DNA of 32,000 nucleotides from Candidatus Methylomirabilis oxygeniifera (GCA_000091165.1 FP565575.1:2190001-2222000), one strand, 5' to 3'. Positions 1 to 10,106 are shown, counted from the first letter of the stretch. Made by a program: numbers and translations. The notes: generated from the sequence alone by a model not told the origin.

Positions 1-82
1 GCTACGTCATCCGGATGCTTCTGCATCTTCTCCGCCCCTTCCGACTTTAACGCACTTACCTTACAATCCAACGTCCCTACTG

Positions 83-1375
83 CTAGTGAGGCTGCTCCAG
101 CACTTTTGGCTTATACTCGAAGGCACCGATGTCACAGTTCGGCGCGCCATCGCCATTACCATCAATCAGCCGGCTGACACCACGCTGGTCCTCGAGTTCA
201 CACTCCGCAGGCCACCCGGCATCGATGGCGGGACTACCCGGCTTGAGCGCGTGGGTGAGCGTGTATCCGCCATTCCACTTGAGTGGACCGAGCTTTGGGT
301 CGACGGGGGCTATGCTACCGGGTGACAACTGACAGGTCATGTCGTTGCTCAAACTGTTCGTACTGCTAGGAGAGAAGGGGAGGGGGGGAAAGATACACTG
401 CACCGGGGCATTGTTCGCAACGATTGTGTTTACAAGGACGATATTGCTGTCCGTGCTCCCTTGAATACCCCCGCGAGCGTAGTCGGGGGCAAGAGTAGGC
501 CCATTCCCGTTTTCGGCAACAGTGACATGGATCAATTCGGTATGAGCCCAATCATCGGTGTAGATCCCCAGTTGGTTGTTTCTGCTGACGGTTGTGTTGA
601 TCAGGGACATGCTCCCATCATTGATAATACCAATACCGTCGCTATGGGAGATTTCTGAGCCCGTAGCGATCAGACTGCCGTTGCTATAGTTTCTAACACC
701 GCCACCCCCCACAGTGGCGTGGTTCTTCACAACGCGGACGTCGTTCAACTCGGCGTCTCCCTGATTGTGGAGCCCGCCCCCGCCCATTTGGTCGGACGCA
801 AGGTTGTGCGCGATTTCACTCTTATCAATAAAGAGCGCGGCACCGCTTCCGTTATAAATGCCTCCGCCGACCTTGGCGCTGTTCTTCCAAACCCGAACCC
901 TCTTCAGGGTCAGATTACCACTGTTCAAGATCCCGCCGCCGTACATTGCGTTTCCGAACATCACATCCAGATCGGTAATCTTGACCGTAGCCCAAGACAT
1001 GACGTGAAAGATACTGAAGCCCGGCCATGCGCCGTGCACGCGAGTGGAAAAGATCCCGGTCCCGTTCACGGTCAGGTCCTTGTTGATGATTACGCCTGAG
1101 GATTCGGCGAATTTACCATCGCCGATGCTGACCGTATCACCCGCAATGGCGATGTCCACCGCATGTTGGATGGAGCGGCACGGCGCCGCCTGCGTGCAGG
1201 TGGGATTATCCGTACCCGACTTGGAAACGTAGCGAGTCGCCCCCCAGGCCTCCGGGACGAGGAGTGGCGTGAGCAGTAAGAGCAGAGAGCCGACGACCCG
1301 GCGATGCATCACCCACCTCTTACTCACGGCCAGACCGCGCTTCCATTGGATCCCAAATTGCACAAATGGTGTCAT
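83..1375 (-). CDS. Exported right-handed parallel beta-helix protein with choice-of-anchor-like C-terminus (polymorphic outer membrane / pectate-lyase-like fold)
   Basis: 430 aa ORF. Signal-peptide-like hydrophobic stretch (VVGSLLLLLTPLLVPEAWG), repeated beta-helix style segments (NSGNLTLKRVRVWKNSAKVGGGIYNGSG...), and the typical ending DxGAxEY (GAPNCDIGAFEY). Confidence 0.75.
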   Translation of the reverse strand: MTPFVQFGIQWKRGLAVSKRWVMHRRVVGSLLLLLTPLLVPEAWGATRYVSKSGTDNPTCTQAAPCRSIQHAVDIAIAGDTVSIGDGKFAESSGVIINKDLTVNGTGIFSTRVHGAWPGFSIFHVMSWATVKITDLDVMFGNAMYGGGILNSGNLTLKRVRVWKNSAKVGGGIYNGSGAALFIDKSEIAHNLASDQMGGGGLHNQGDAELNDVRVVKNHATVGGGGVRNYSNGSLIATGSEISHSDGIGIINDGSMSLINTTVSRNNQLGIYTDDWAHTELIHVTVAENGNGPTLAPDYARGGIQGSTDSNIVLVNTIVANNAPVQCIFPPLPFSPSSTNSLSNDMTCQLSPGSIAPVDPKLGPLKWNGGYTLTHALKPGSPAIDAGWPAECELEDQRGVSRLIDGNGDGAPNCDIGAFEYKPKVLEQPH

Positions 1376-1641
1376 TGTTCCTCCTCATGTCGTTGAGTAC
1401 GACGCACGCCTTGTCACTACCTGCTACCCCAAGGCGACGAAAACGTATCGTATCTTCCGGACATTGTCAAACAATTCTCATAGCTCTTGAATCACCCCAC
1501 CCGCGCCGCGAAATACCGGGACCAATTTACCTCCCTGACGTGAATCAGGCAGGTCAGCTTGCGCCTGGGAGTACGAAGGAGTATGATGACTCGACATGAA
1601 TCTGGAATGGCACCCCTCTTAGACGAAGATAGGAAACAATG

Positions 1642-1866
1642 ATGCGGTACTTCAAAGTGATCGTGGAGAAACACCCGGAAGGTTATGTCGCCTATCCCAT
1701 GGGACTCAAAGGGGTGGTAATCGGCGAAGGCGAGACCTACGAGGATGCCCTGGCAGATGTACAATCTGCCATCCGCTTCCACATCGAGACCTTTGGACCG
1801 GAGGCGCTGAAAGCTGAGTCCCCCATCCTGGACGCCTTTATTGCGGAAGCCACGGTCACGGTCTGA
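1642..1866 (+). CDS. HicB-family antitoxin-like protein
   Basis: YFKVIVEKHPEGYVAYPMGLKGVVIGEGETYEDALADVQSAI matches the HicB small-domain pattern. The stop overlaps the start of a HicA-like ORF (TGATG). Confidence 0.8.
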   Translation: MRYFKVIVEKHPEGYVAYPMGLKGVVIGEGETYEDALADVQSAIRFHIETFGPEALKAESPILDAFIAEATVTV

Positions 1867-2105
1867 TGCTCACGTTTCCGATAGATGTCCCGAAAGCAAA
1901 GGCCATCAAGCCCTTGGAGCGGCTGGGCTTCCGGATAGTCCGAGAGGGGGCACACCTCGCGATGGTGCGCCAAAACCCGGATGAGACGCAGACGTTCCTC
2001 ATCATACCGAATCACTCCGACCTCAGAGGCTCGACGCTCCGCACCATCTGCATTCAAGCCAGTATCGCCAGAGACGAGTTCCTCAAAGCCTACGAAGAAA
2101 TGTGA
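1866..2105 (+). CDS. HicA-family toxin-like protein
   Basis: KPLERLGFRIVREGAHLAMVRQ...IIPNHSDLRGSTLRTICIQASI resembles the HicA dsRBD-like fold with the catalytic-His GAHLAM region. Translationally coupled to the upstream ORF. Confidence 0.78.
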   Translation: MLTFPIDVPKAKAIKPLERLGFRIVREGAHLAMVRQNPDETQTFLIIPNHSDLRGSTLRTICIQASIARDEFLKAYEEM

Positions 2106-2418
2106 GTCTGGGCCGGTGTAGGCTGGGCCGGCCGGAGAGCTGATCACGCAATGCTGCAATGTTCCTGAGTGCGTCTGCCCATTCGCTAAGGTAGCGGGCA
2201 ACGACTTGAAGCCGTTGGACCAAGGTAGGCACCCGCAAAGTGCCTGAAAGAGGTTCGACGTATCCGCAAGTAAAGACTCGTCAAGGCCCGCACTACACTG
2301 AATCCACACAGCCCCTCTACGCCGTTCAGTCCATAGACCTCTCTTTAGACCTTTCACGCATCCCAATTGTACTTGACAATCAGATATTCACTGCATATAC
2401 TTCCAGCATATCAAGGAG

Positions 2419-2652
2419 GTGAAAGTAATGCGTGCGACCTTAAACATCCCCGACAATCTGCTTGTAGAAGTGCAAAAGATGACCGGGACACAGTCCAAGA
2501 CAAAGGCCATCGTCATGGCGATGGAAGAGTTTGTGAAACGAAAGAAACGGGAGCGACTCCTCGCCCTCAAAGGTCAAATCGTTCTTGACGATGTCACCCA
2601 GGAGCTTGAGGCGATGGAACTACAGGAGGCCCAAGCGCATGAGCGCCGATAG
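2419..2652 (+). CDS. VapB-family antitoxin-like protein
   Basis: MRATLNIPDNLLVEVQKMTGTQSKTKAIVMAMEEFVKRKKRERLLALKG is the VapB/ribbon-helix-helix pattern. It overlaps a PIN-domain ORF. The true start may be M4 (2428). Confidence 0.82.
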   Translation: MKVMRATLNIPDNLLVEVQKMTGTQSKTKAIVMAMEEFVKRKKRERLLALKGQIVLDDVTQELEAMELQEAQAHERR

Positions 2653-3040
2653 CGTGATCATCGACACCTCCCTGTGGATCGAGTATTTCAAGGGCTCGAC
2701 CCCCAACGCCTCGTTCGTCGAACGGCTGGTACTGGAAGAACGAGCGGTTACAACGGGCCTCGTCCTGGCTGAACTCCTCCAGGGGGTGAGGAGTGAAGGG
2801 GAGGGACAGACGATCACTGAGGTGTTCGGTGGACTGCCCACGCTTGAGATCACTACGGAGATTTGGAGGGCCGCCGGACAACTCGCCTACACCCTAAGAC
2901 GCGAGGGAGTCACCGTGCCCCTGACAGACGCGGCTCTCGGCGCTTTAGCGTTGGCGCATCAACTCCTGGTATTCTCTCTCGATAAACACTTTGAGCACAT
3001 GCAGGGAATCCGGCTGTATCACACCACACCATCCGCATAA
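2639..3040 (+). CDS. VapC-family PIN-domain ribonuclease toxin
   Basis: MSADSVIIDTSLWIEYFKGS...TGLVLAELLQGVRS...PLTDAALGALALAHQLLVFSLDKHFEHM shows PIN-domain acidic residues. The start codon overlaps the vapB-like ORF by 14 nt. Confidence 0.85.
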   Translation: MSADSVIIDTSLWIEYFKGSTPNASFVERLVLEERAVTTGLVLAELLQGVRSEGEGQTITEVFGGLPTLEITTEIWRAAGQLAYTLRREGVTVPLTDAALGALALAHQLLVFSLDKHFEHMQGIRLYHTTPSA

Positions 3041-3390
3041 CCTTCATAGCTTGGACGCCTCAGCTTCATCGCAGTGTAACCTCCACACCGCGCAACTGCG
3101 AATCCCGCCATGCGTGGCCTGCGCCGAACAGCCCCATGCGTGGCCTCATTCCTCGCCTTTGCGCTCCTGGTGCCTGCTCCTACGTGTCCTTGAACTACCA
3201 TGGCGCCGAGAGGCGATCGACGACACCCGCCGCACAAGCACACGCGAGAAATAACGAGCGCATCAGGGTAGAGGTCCCTTTTTGCTGGATTATTTCCGCT
3301 TGAGGTGGGTCCCTTTTACGTTATCGAAATCACTAGACTCAGCAGCATTTCAGGGAGCCTGAGTCAAAGAGATCAGTGTAGGGGTGAATA

Positions 3391-3466
3391 TGGTGGGCAG
3401 GGGCGGAATCGAACCGTCGACACCAGGATTTTCAGTCCTGTGCTCTACCGACTGAGCTACCTGCCC
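3391..3466 (-). tRNA. tRNA-Phe (GAA)
   Basis: Reverse complement GGGCAGGTAGCTCAGTCGGTAGAGCACAGGACTGAAAATCCTGGTGTCGACGGTTCGATTCCGCCCCTGCCCACCA folds as a cloverleaf. Anticodon loop CTGAAAA, CCA encoded. Confidence 0.95.
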
Positions 3467-3577
3467 AAAACCAGAATGTGGATGAGCCGTTTATGGAACG
3501 GCCCGATCTTTGTAGCACCGCGAAGCTCGTTTGTCAAGGAGTACAGTTGCAGTCCACACTGCACCGTTGAAACAGCA

Positions 3578-4477
3578 TCAGAGGCCCAGGTCCGTCGCTT
3601 GCGGCGTCGGGCTTGAGTAGTCGTAGAAACCCCGTCCCGACTTCCGCCCATGATAGCCGGCGATCACCATTGTCTTCAGGAGTGGGGGTGGCGCATACCG
3701 CGCGTCCCGATACTCCTCGAACATGATGTTCGCGATGGCATAGGTCGTGTCAAGGCCGACGAAATCAGCCAACTCCAAGGGACCCATCGGATGGTTGCAG
3801 CCGAGTCGCATCGCCTTGTCGATATCCGCCGCAGACGCGACACCCGCCTCTAACGCTCGGATACCATCCAACAGGTACGGCACCAGCAGGCGGTTCACGA
3901 TGAAACCGCAGTGATCTTTTGCCGCAACCGGCTCCTTTCCCAGCGACACGGCAAAGTCGGAGACGGTCCGAAAGGTCTCCGCGCTGGTGCGAATGCTTCG
4001 GACTACCTCTACCAGCTTCATCAGCGGCACGGGATTGAAAAAATGCAGGCCCGCAAACCGGTCGGCTCGCCCGGTCACAGAGGCCAGCGCCACAATGCTG
4101 ATGGAGGAGGTATTGCTGACAAAGATGGTGCTCGGCGGGCAGAGGCGGTCAAGAGTCCGGAAGAGATCCTGCTTCAGTGGTAAATCCTCACTGATCGCCT
4201 CGATGATCAGGTCGCTCGCTTTCAGGTCTTCCAGGGCGAGGGTCCACCTGATCCGCCCAAGGAGCGCCGCCTTGTCCTCGACGGTCAACCGTCCCTTTTC
4301 AACCGCCCGCCCCAGCCTGTCGTCGATCGCCTGTCTCGCTTTATCCAATACGCGTTGCTCCGCCTCCCTGACGAGAACGGCGTAGCCTGCCTGCGCGACA
4401 ACCTGCGCAATACCGGACCCCATGATGCCGGCACCGATGACTCCAACAGCCTGAATGTTAGCCATAGACGCTCCCAT
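3578..4477 (-). CDS. 3-hydroxyacyl/3-hydroxybutyryl-CoA dehydrogenase
   Basis: IQAVGVIGAGIMGSGIAQVVAQAGYAVL (Rossmann fold), SNTSSISI, GLHFFNPVPLMKLVEVV, GFIVNRLLVPYLLDGI, GCNHPMGPLELADFVGLDT motifs. Confidence 0.93.
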   Translation of the reverse strand: MGASMANIQAVGVIGAGIMGSGIAQVVAQAGYAVLVREAEQRVLDKARQAIDDRLGRAVEKGRLTVEDKAALLGRIRWTLALEDLKASDLIIEAISEDLPLKQDLFRTLDRLCPPSTIFVSNTSSISIVALASVTGRADRFAGLHFFNPVPLMKLVEVVRSIRTSAETFRTVSDFAVSLGKEPVAAKDHCGFIVNRLLVPYLLDGIRALEAGVASAADIDKAMRLGCNHPMGPLELADFVGLDTTYAIANIMFEEYRDARYAPPPLLKTMVIAGYHGRKSGRGFYDYSSPTPQATDLGL

Positions 4478-4480
4478 CGC

Positions 4481-5821
4481 TCACGACGGCGTCCCCACCT
4501 TCCGGCGGCGCCACTCGGCAAGTCTTCGGCCGATCTCGGCTTCGAGCCCACGATCAGTGGGGTGGTAGTAAATCCGACCTTTCAACCGCTCCGGCAGATA
4601 GTCCTGATCGGCAAAGGCCCCCGGCAGATCATGCGGGTACTGGTAGCCGTCGCCGTATTCCAGCTCTTTCATCAAGGTCGTTGGGGCATTCCGCAAGTGT
4701 AGCGGCACCCCTTCAAGCGGCGCCTCTTCCACGTCCCGCTGCGCTCTACCAAAGGCCCGGTAGATGGCATTTGATTTGGGCGCGGTGGCAAGGTACACCA
4801 CGGCCTGGGCCAGCGCCAGATCACCTTCAGGTGAACCGAGGAAATGGTACGCGTCCTTGGCCGCCAGCGCCGTCTGCAGCGCCTGTGGATCGGCGTTGCC
4901 GATATCCTCCGACGCAAACCGGACCACACGCCTGGCGATATACATCGGATCTTCGCCAGATGCCAGCATTCTGGCAAGCCAATAGAGGGCAGCGTCAGGG
5001 TCGCTTCCCCGCAGGCTCTTGTGCAGAGCCGAGATCAGGTTGTAATGCTCTTCTCCGGTCTTGTCGTATAGCAGCGTCCGCCTGCCTGATGCCTCCTGGG
5101 CTACCTGCGCGGTCAACCGCCTGCTCCCGTCAGGCTGCTCCTTGACCATCTGCGCCGCCAGCTCCAAGGTGTTCAGTGATACGCGGGCATCCCCCGAACC
5201 CAGCCCAGCGATGATGCGTAGCGCCTCGTCATCGGCCTCGATCTGAAGGCGACCGAGCCCGCGCTCCTGATCGTCGAGCGCGCGCCGAAGGATGAGCATC
5301 AACGCATCCTCCGCCAGCGGGCGAAGCGTCACGACCTTCGCCCGGGACAAGAGGGGGGCGATCACCTCGAACGAGGGATTCTCGGTGGTGGCTCCGATCA
5401 GCACGATCGTTCCTCCCTCCACATGGGGCAAAAAGGCATCCTGCTGGGCTTTGTTGAAGCGATGAATCTCGTCGATGAACAGGAGCGTCCGTCTGCCATA
5501 GCCGCGCTCCTGCTGGGCGCGAACGATCACCTCTTTAATCTCCTTGATCCCGGAGGTGACGGCCGAGAACGGCTGAAAGGTTGCTTTGCACCGCTCCGCC
5601 AACAGGAAGGCGAGGGTCGTCTTGCCTGAGCCTGGTGGGCCCCACAGAATCAGCGACGGCAGTTCTCCCGCCTCCATGGCCCTCCGGAGGAGCTTCCCTT
5701 CTCCAAGCAGGTGCTCCTGCCCGACAAACTCCTGGAGCGTCCTTGGGCGCATTCGTTCCGCAAGCGGCGCTGGAACCTTTTGGGACGGGGTGGGCAATCG
5801 ATCAAAGAGATCTGCTGTCAT
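4481..5821 (-). CDS. rarA: Replication-associated recombination protein A (AAA+ ATPase, RarA/MgsA)
   Basis: MRPRTLQEFVGQEHLLGEGKLLRRA, WGPPGSGKTTLAFLLA (Walker A), LLFIDEIHRFNKAQQDAFLPHVEGG (Walker B), C-terminal YPHDLPGAF..YLPERLKGRIYYHP. Confidence 0.95.
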   Translation of the reverse strand: MTADLFDRLPTPSQKVPAPLAERMRPRTLQEFVGQEHLLGEGKLLRRAMEAGELPSLILWGPPGSGKTTLAFLLAERCKATFQPFSAVTSGIKEIKEVIVRAQQERGYGRRTLLFIDEIHRFNKAQQDAFLPHVEGGTIVLIGATTENPSFEVIAPLLSRAKVVTLRPLAEDALMLILRRALDDQERGLGRLQIEADDEALRIIAGLGSGDARVSLNTLELAAQMVKEQPDGSRRLTAQVAQEASGRRTLLYDKTGEEHYNLISALHKSLRGSDPDAALYWLARMLASGEDPMYIARRVVRFASEDIGNADPQALQTALAAKDAYHFLGSPEGDLALAQAVVYLATAPKSNAIYRAFGRAQRDVEEAPLEGVPLHLRNAPTTLMKELEYGDGYQYPHDLPGAFADQDYLPERLKGRIYYHPTDRGLEAEIGRRLAEWRRRKVGTPS

Positions 5822-6530
5822 CGTACGCCACCGCCTTGAGGTCATCCAGGATCCGGCAGGTCGCTTGCACCGGGTCGGCCGCTGCCGTAATCGGCCGACC
5901 GATCACCAGGTAGTCCGCGCCCGCAACAGCCGCCTCTTGTGGGGTCATGACCCGACGCTGGTCCTCGGCTGCAGCCCATGCCGGGCGGATGCCTGGGATG
6001 ACAAGCTGCATCGACGGTCCCAACGCGGCCCGCAGCACGCCGATTTCGTGAGGTGACGCTACAGCACCATCCAGTCCGGCCTCCCGCGCGAGCGACGCCA
6101 AACGAACGACCTGCGCCGCAAGATCGGGCGTGCCGCCGACGATCTCTCCAAGACCGTGTGAGTCCAGGCTGGTGAGTACCGTCACCGCCAGCAGCCGCAT
6201 GGCTGAGCCGCTTCCAGCGACCGCCTGCGCCGCCGCCTGGAGCATCGACCGTCCGCCGGAGGCGTGGAGCGTACACATCACCGCCCCGAGCCTCGCGGCC
6301 TCGCGGACCGCTCCCGCTACGGTATTCGGGATATCGTGCAGTTTCAGATCCAGAAAGACGTCTCCGCCCCGCTGCCTCACCACATCTACCGCCCGAGGAC
6401 CCTCAGCCGTAAAGAGCTGAAGGCCCACCTTGAAGAGCGTCACTGTAGGGTACAGTTGCTCCACGAGCGCGGCGGCTGACGCCAGGTCTCCCACATCCAG
6501 GGCTACAATCAGTTCTGGTGGTTTGTGCAT
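5802..6530 (-). CDS. pyrF: Orotidine 5'-phosphate decarboxylase
   Basis: LIVALDVGDLASA, GDVFLDLKLHDIPNTV, VIPGIRP, DYLVIGRPIT motifs. The 3' end overlaps the rarA start by about 20 nt. Confidence 0.95.
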   Translation of the reverse strand: MHKPPELIVALDVGDLASAAALVEQLYPTVTLFKVGLQLFTAEGPRAVDVVRQRGGDVFLDLKLHDIPNTVAGAVREAARLGAVMCTLHASGGRSMLQAAAQAVAGSGSAMRLLAVTVLTSLDSHGLGEIVGGTPDLAAQVVRLASLAREAGLDGAVASPHEIGVLRAALGPSMQLVIPGIRPAWAAAEDQRRVMTPQEAAVAGADYLVIGRPITAAADPVQATCRILDDLKAVAYDDSRSL

Positions 6531-6653
6531 GCCCTCGCTTCTCTCTACACCGATAAACACATCAGGTCCTCAGTTGCATGGCGTCACGATACCATGAAGC
6601 CAGGGCATTGACAAGGTAGGGTCTGGTAGGGTAAGGGTTGGGCTGAACAAGAC

Positions 6654-7928
6654 GTGGAGGCGTGCAAAATGGAGCATTGGGCGTGTGCGGAAACCACAAG
6701 GCGGCCTACCTACCGAAGCCTCAGCGCAGGCAGGCGAGCGTTCTATGGCCTTGCCCTTGGATTGCTGGTGCTCGTGCCGCCCGATCTGAGCCAAGCCGAC
6801 CTCTGGACCGATACGAGGACCCTGGAGTTGGTCGTGGCCGGGACCGATCACCTCATCAACCTCGACTACGACCTGGCCGAGCGGACATTCGCCCGCCCTG
6901 ACGACGTCGATCAGACCGGGCTGCTGGCGCCGTTCTATCAGGCCTTCGTGATGCTCGCGCGTCTACAGGAACGAGAGCCGACTCGCCAGGAGATGGATGC
7001 CTTCTTGGCCGAGATGCGAACGCTCACCGCCAAGGCCGAGGGGCGCCTCACACAGGCTCCAGAAGAGCCTGACCTCCTGCTCTTCCTCGGGATGGCCTGG
7101 GGCTCCAAGGCAATGATCGACGGCGTCCTGGGCAACTATTTCTCGACCTACGAGGCGATCAAGCGGACGAAATCGTATCTCGATGCCTCCCTCGTACGCC
7201 GACCTGTCAGGTACGATGCCTACTACGCCTTGGGGTTGTACAACTACGCACTCTCCCGGATCGCCTGGTTCTATCGACCTTTCCTGCACCTGGCGCTCAC
7301 CCCCGGCGATCGCGAGCGAGCTTTACGGGAGCTGACGCTCGCGAGTGAGCGTGGCGTTGCGGCTCGGATGCTCGCGAAGCTCGCGCTCCTGCAGATCTAC
7401 GCCGGCTCCGAGAAAGAGTTTGAGAAGGCCCTGCCGCTGGCTGAAGAATTGCTCCACCGATTCCCCGGCAACCCGGAGCTTTACTTCCAGACGGCGCTGG
7501 TCTATTCCGAACTGGGACGATTTCCTGAGGCGCTGGAGGTCGGCCGTCGCATCCGCGCCAATCTCGATCCGGGCCGGTACCATTTTACGCACGAGATGCT
7601 CCCACGGTACCTGCAACTCATGGGGAAGATCGCCATGGATCGAGGTGACTACCCCACAGCCTTGAACTTCTTCAGACAGGCGGTCGAGCAGCCGACTGAT
7701 CGGTACGCCTGGGTGACGGCGTGGGCCTGGACCAGGACCGGCATGATCCATGATCTGTCAGGGAAGCGAACGGAGGCGGAGCGGAGCTATCGTATGGCGT
7801 TGGCCATCAAGACCAACAGCATCGCCAAGGACGTGGCAAGGCAATATCTTCATGAACCCTACCGCAAGGAGACGGTACAACGCACCTTCCCATCCACCAG
7901 AACAGAGGAGAATACAGGTTCACCCTAG
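6654..7928 (+). CDS. Exported tetratricopeptide-repeat protein
   Basis: N-terminal hydrophobic/signal-like segment (FYGLALGLLVLVPPDLSQA) followed by TPR-like helices (LAKLALLQIYAGSEKEFEKALPLAEELLHRFPGNPELYFQTALVYSELGRFPEALE). Start codon uncertain. Confidence 0.75.
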   Translation: MEACKMEHWACAETTRRPTYRSLSAGRRAFYGLALGLLVLVPPDLSQADLWTDTRTLELVVAGTDHLINLDYDLAERTFARPDDVDQTGLLAPFYQAFVMLARLQEREPTRQEMDAFLAEMRTLTAKAEGRLTQAPEEPDLLLFLGMAWGSKAMIDGVLGNYFSTYEAIKRTKSYLDASLVRRPVRYDAYYALGLYNYALSRIAWFYRPFLHLALTPGDRERALRELTLASERGVAARMLAKLALLQIYAGSEKEFEKALPLAEELLHRFPGNPELYFQTALVYSELGRFPEALEVGRRIRANLDPGRYHFTHEMLPRYLQLMGKIAMDRGDYPTALNFFRQAVEQPTDRYAWVTAWAWTRTGMIHDLSGKRTEAERSYRMALAIKTNSIAKDVARQYLHEPYRKETVQRTFPSTRTEENTGSP

Positions 7929-8066
7929 CGTAGCACCTTTAACGCTTCGTTACATTCGCCGTTTATCCTGAGCCTGTCGAAGGGTGCAGTGTTATAGCAA
8001 GTTCCGCTCATAGTTCGACTCACTCACCACGAACAGAATATAGAGGGGATCTCCAGCGGTCACATG

Positions 8067-8462
8067 CTACTTACCATTCCCTTGACTCAGCTTCGTGAGT
8101 TGTCCTTGCTCCAGGATCTGCCGTAATGCCTTACGAAACCTCACCTGTGCCAGCAGCACCTCCCCCTGGGTTGCTAGGAGTTGATTGGCCGCCTGGTCAA
8201 TCTCCTTGTCGGATGCCTTCTTATCTACGAGTAACTTCCTTAATTTCGTATCGGAATCTACTACCTTGTCTCGAAGCTTTCCAAATGTCTTCGTCAATTC
8301 ACCTTGCGCCGCATCAAGCTTGTTCCGTTGATCGGTCGAAAGACCGAGGCTCTGGAATGGATCGGCCTCTTTTGCCGGTCCCTGTTGAGCTGAAGCCATA
8401 CCTCCACCGATCAACATCGTTGTCATCAGCAGTCCAATCCCCAATCTCTTCCACGTGCGCAT
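8067..8462 (-). CDS. Small periplasmic Spy/CpxP-like helical protein
   Basis: Signal peptide (RLGIGLLMTTMLIGGGMASAQQ) followed by LSTDQRNKLDAAQGELTKTFGKLRDKV...Q, resembling LTxxQ-type periplasmic proteins. Confidence 0.5.
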   Translation of the reverse strand: MRTWKRLGIGLLMTTMLIGGGMASAQQGPAKEADPFQSLGLSTDQRNKLDAAQGELTKTFGKLRDKVVDSDTKLRKLLVDKKASDKEIDQAANQLLATQGEVLLAQVRFRKALRQILEQGQLTKLSQGNGK

Positions 8463-8639
8463 ACCGTTCTCCCCTTTCCTCCAGGTGCGATAACCCAATG
8501 TTAAGCAACCACACAACGAGTCGCTATTTTACGCGGGAATACGGAACGATGAAAGCACAATCTTGCAGTCGGAAGGTGCGCTGTCCGGAGAAGCCGTCTC
8601 TGAGGGAGGCGTCGACCCCGCCGAGGGCGTTGGCGCCGC

Positions 8640-10106
8640 CTAAACCTGTCTTCTCATCTTCTCGACGGCGCGACGATAGAACTGCTCGTATTCTCCGGCA
8701 GAGCGATCCCAGGTGAAATCCGCCGTCATGGCATTCGTAATCAGTCGAGGCCACGGGGCTTTCTTGCGATACAACGCCAAAGCCTGCCGGATGGCTTGGA
8801 GAAAAGCGGGCGCAGTAGCGTCCTCGAACTTGAATCCGTTCCCCTGCCCCGTCTCTGGATCAAACCGGACAACGGTATCATCCAGTCCCCCCGTCGCGCG
8901 GACGACCGGAATGGTTCCGTAGGCCAGGCTGTACATCTGATTCAGGCCGCACGGCTCGTACCGCGAGGGCATCAGGAAGAGATCGGCTCCCGCTTCGATC
9001 TGATGTGATAGCGGCAGGTCGAAGCCGATTCTGACAGCTAATGTGGACGGGTGCTTAGCCGCCGCCTCGCGAAAGGCTGTTTCGAGTTGCTTCTCTCCGC
9101 TCCCCAGCAACACGAGCTGCACGTTCAGCGTCATCAGCGTATCCAGGATGTCGTGCAGCAAGTCCAGTCCCTTCTGCCAGGCCAGCCGGGAGATCACAGC
9201 CAGCAGAGGTACAGTCTCCCTGACCGGGAGCTTGAGCCGACGCTGCAGATCCGCCTTACACTGCGCCTTCCCTGAAAGATCATCGACTGTATAGTGAGCG
9301 GCGATGTGAGGATCGCCGGCCGGGCTCCACTCTTCGGGATCGATCCCATTTAATACACCGAACAGATCGCCATGCCGTTGCCTGAGAACGCCGTCCAGAC
9401 CGAACCCCTGATCGACAGTCTGGATCTCCTGGCTGTAGCGACGGCTTACGGTGGTAAGTAGGTCAGCGAAGAGCAGTCCGCCTTTCAGTAGATTGATCTT
9501 GCCGTAAAACTCAAGTCCAGCCGGCGTAAACAGCTCTCGAGGCAGCATCAATCCGGACAGCGCCTCAGGAGGGAAGAGACCCTGGTAGCCCAGGTTGTGG
9601 ATGGTGAAGACGGTCGCGGTCCGCTGAAAAAAGTGGTCACTGCGGAGGGTGGTCTTCAGATAGATAGGCAGCAGCGCCGTCTGCCAGTCGTTGGCGTGCA
9701 GAACCTCCGGCTGGAAATCGACCCGTCGGCATACCTCCAGAGCCGCCCGGCAGAATAGCGCGAAGCGCTCCGCATTGTCGGGGTAATCCTCTGCGGATAC
9801 GGTCTGATAGAGGCCGTCGCGATCAAACGAGGGGTCGTGGCGAACAAAGTAGACCGGCACCTCGCTGGAGAGGTTTCCCTCCAGCACGTCCACCGCTTGC
9901 GGGCCGGAGGATGCTGAAACGCTCAGTCCGCTTGCGACGATACGAAGCCGGTGTCGCCTGGCGTCTACAGCGCGGTAGAGCGGCATGATCAGCCGGACAT
10001 CATGCCCAAATCGACTGAGTGCCTTTGGCAAGGCGCCCGCTACGTCACCCAATCCTCCGGTGTGGGCAAAAGGCGCCGCCTCAGACGCGACAAAAAGAAT
10101 TTTCAT
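8640..10106 (-). CDS. glgA: Glycogen (starch) synthase, GT5 family
   Basis: MKILFVASEAAPFAHTGGLGDVAGALPKAL, HANDWQTALLP, HNLGYQG, SRLAWQKGLDLL, PSRYEPCGLNQMYSLAYGTIPVVRATGGL. Confidence 0.97.
   Translation of the reverse strand: MKILFVASEAAPFAHTGGLGDVAGALPKALSRFGHDVRLIMPLYRAVDARRHRLRIVASGLSVSASSGPQAVDVLEGNLSSEVPVYFVRHDPSFDRDGLYQTVSAEDYPDNAERFALFCRAALEVCRRVDFQPEVLHANDWQTALLPIYLKTTLRSDHFFQRTATVFTIHNLGYQGLFPPEALSGLMLPRELFTPAGLEFYGKINLLKGGLLFADLLTTVSRRYSQEIQTVDQGFGLDGVLRQRHGDLFGVLNGIDPEEWSPAGDPHIAAHYTVDDLSGKAQCKADLQRRLKLPVRETVPLLAVISRLAWQKGLDLLHDILDTLMTLNVQLVLLGSGEKQLETAFREAAAKHPSTLAVRIGFDLPLSHQIEAGADLFLMPSRYEPCGLNQMYSLAYGTIPVVRATGGLDDTVVRFDPETGQGNGFKFEDATAPAFLQAIRQALALYRKKAPWPRLITNAMTADFTWDRSAGEYEQFYRRAVEKMRRQV

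Noticed and set aside
2108-2131. ctgggccgg repeated with 15-nt spacing after hicA
   Set aside because: Two short GC-rich copies that do not share the 7-bp period and form no clear hairpin with a T tract.
3118-3152. Direct repeat ccatgcgtggcct x2
   Set aside because: Only two short copies in a non-coding stretch, with no structural context and possibly chance.
8524-8754. Small ORFs antisense to or overlapping the glgA 3' end
   Set aside because: No recognisable domain, and they overlap the convincing GlgA C-terminus.
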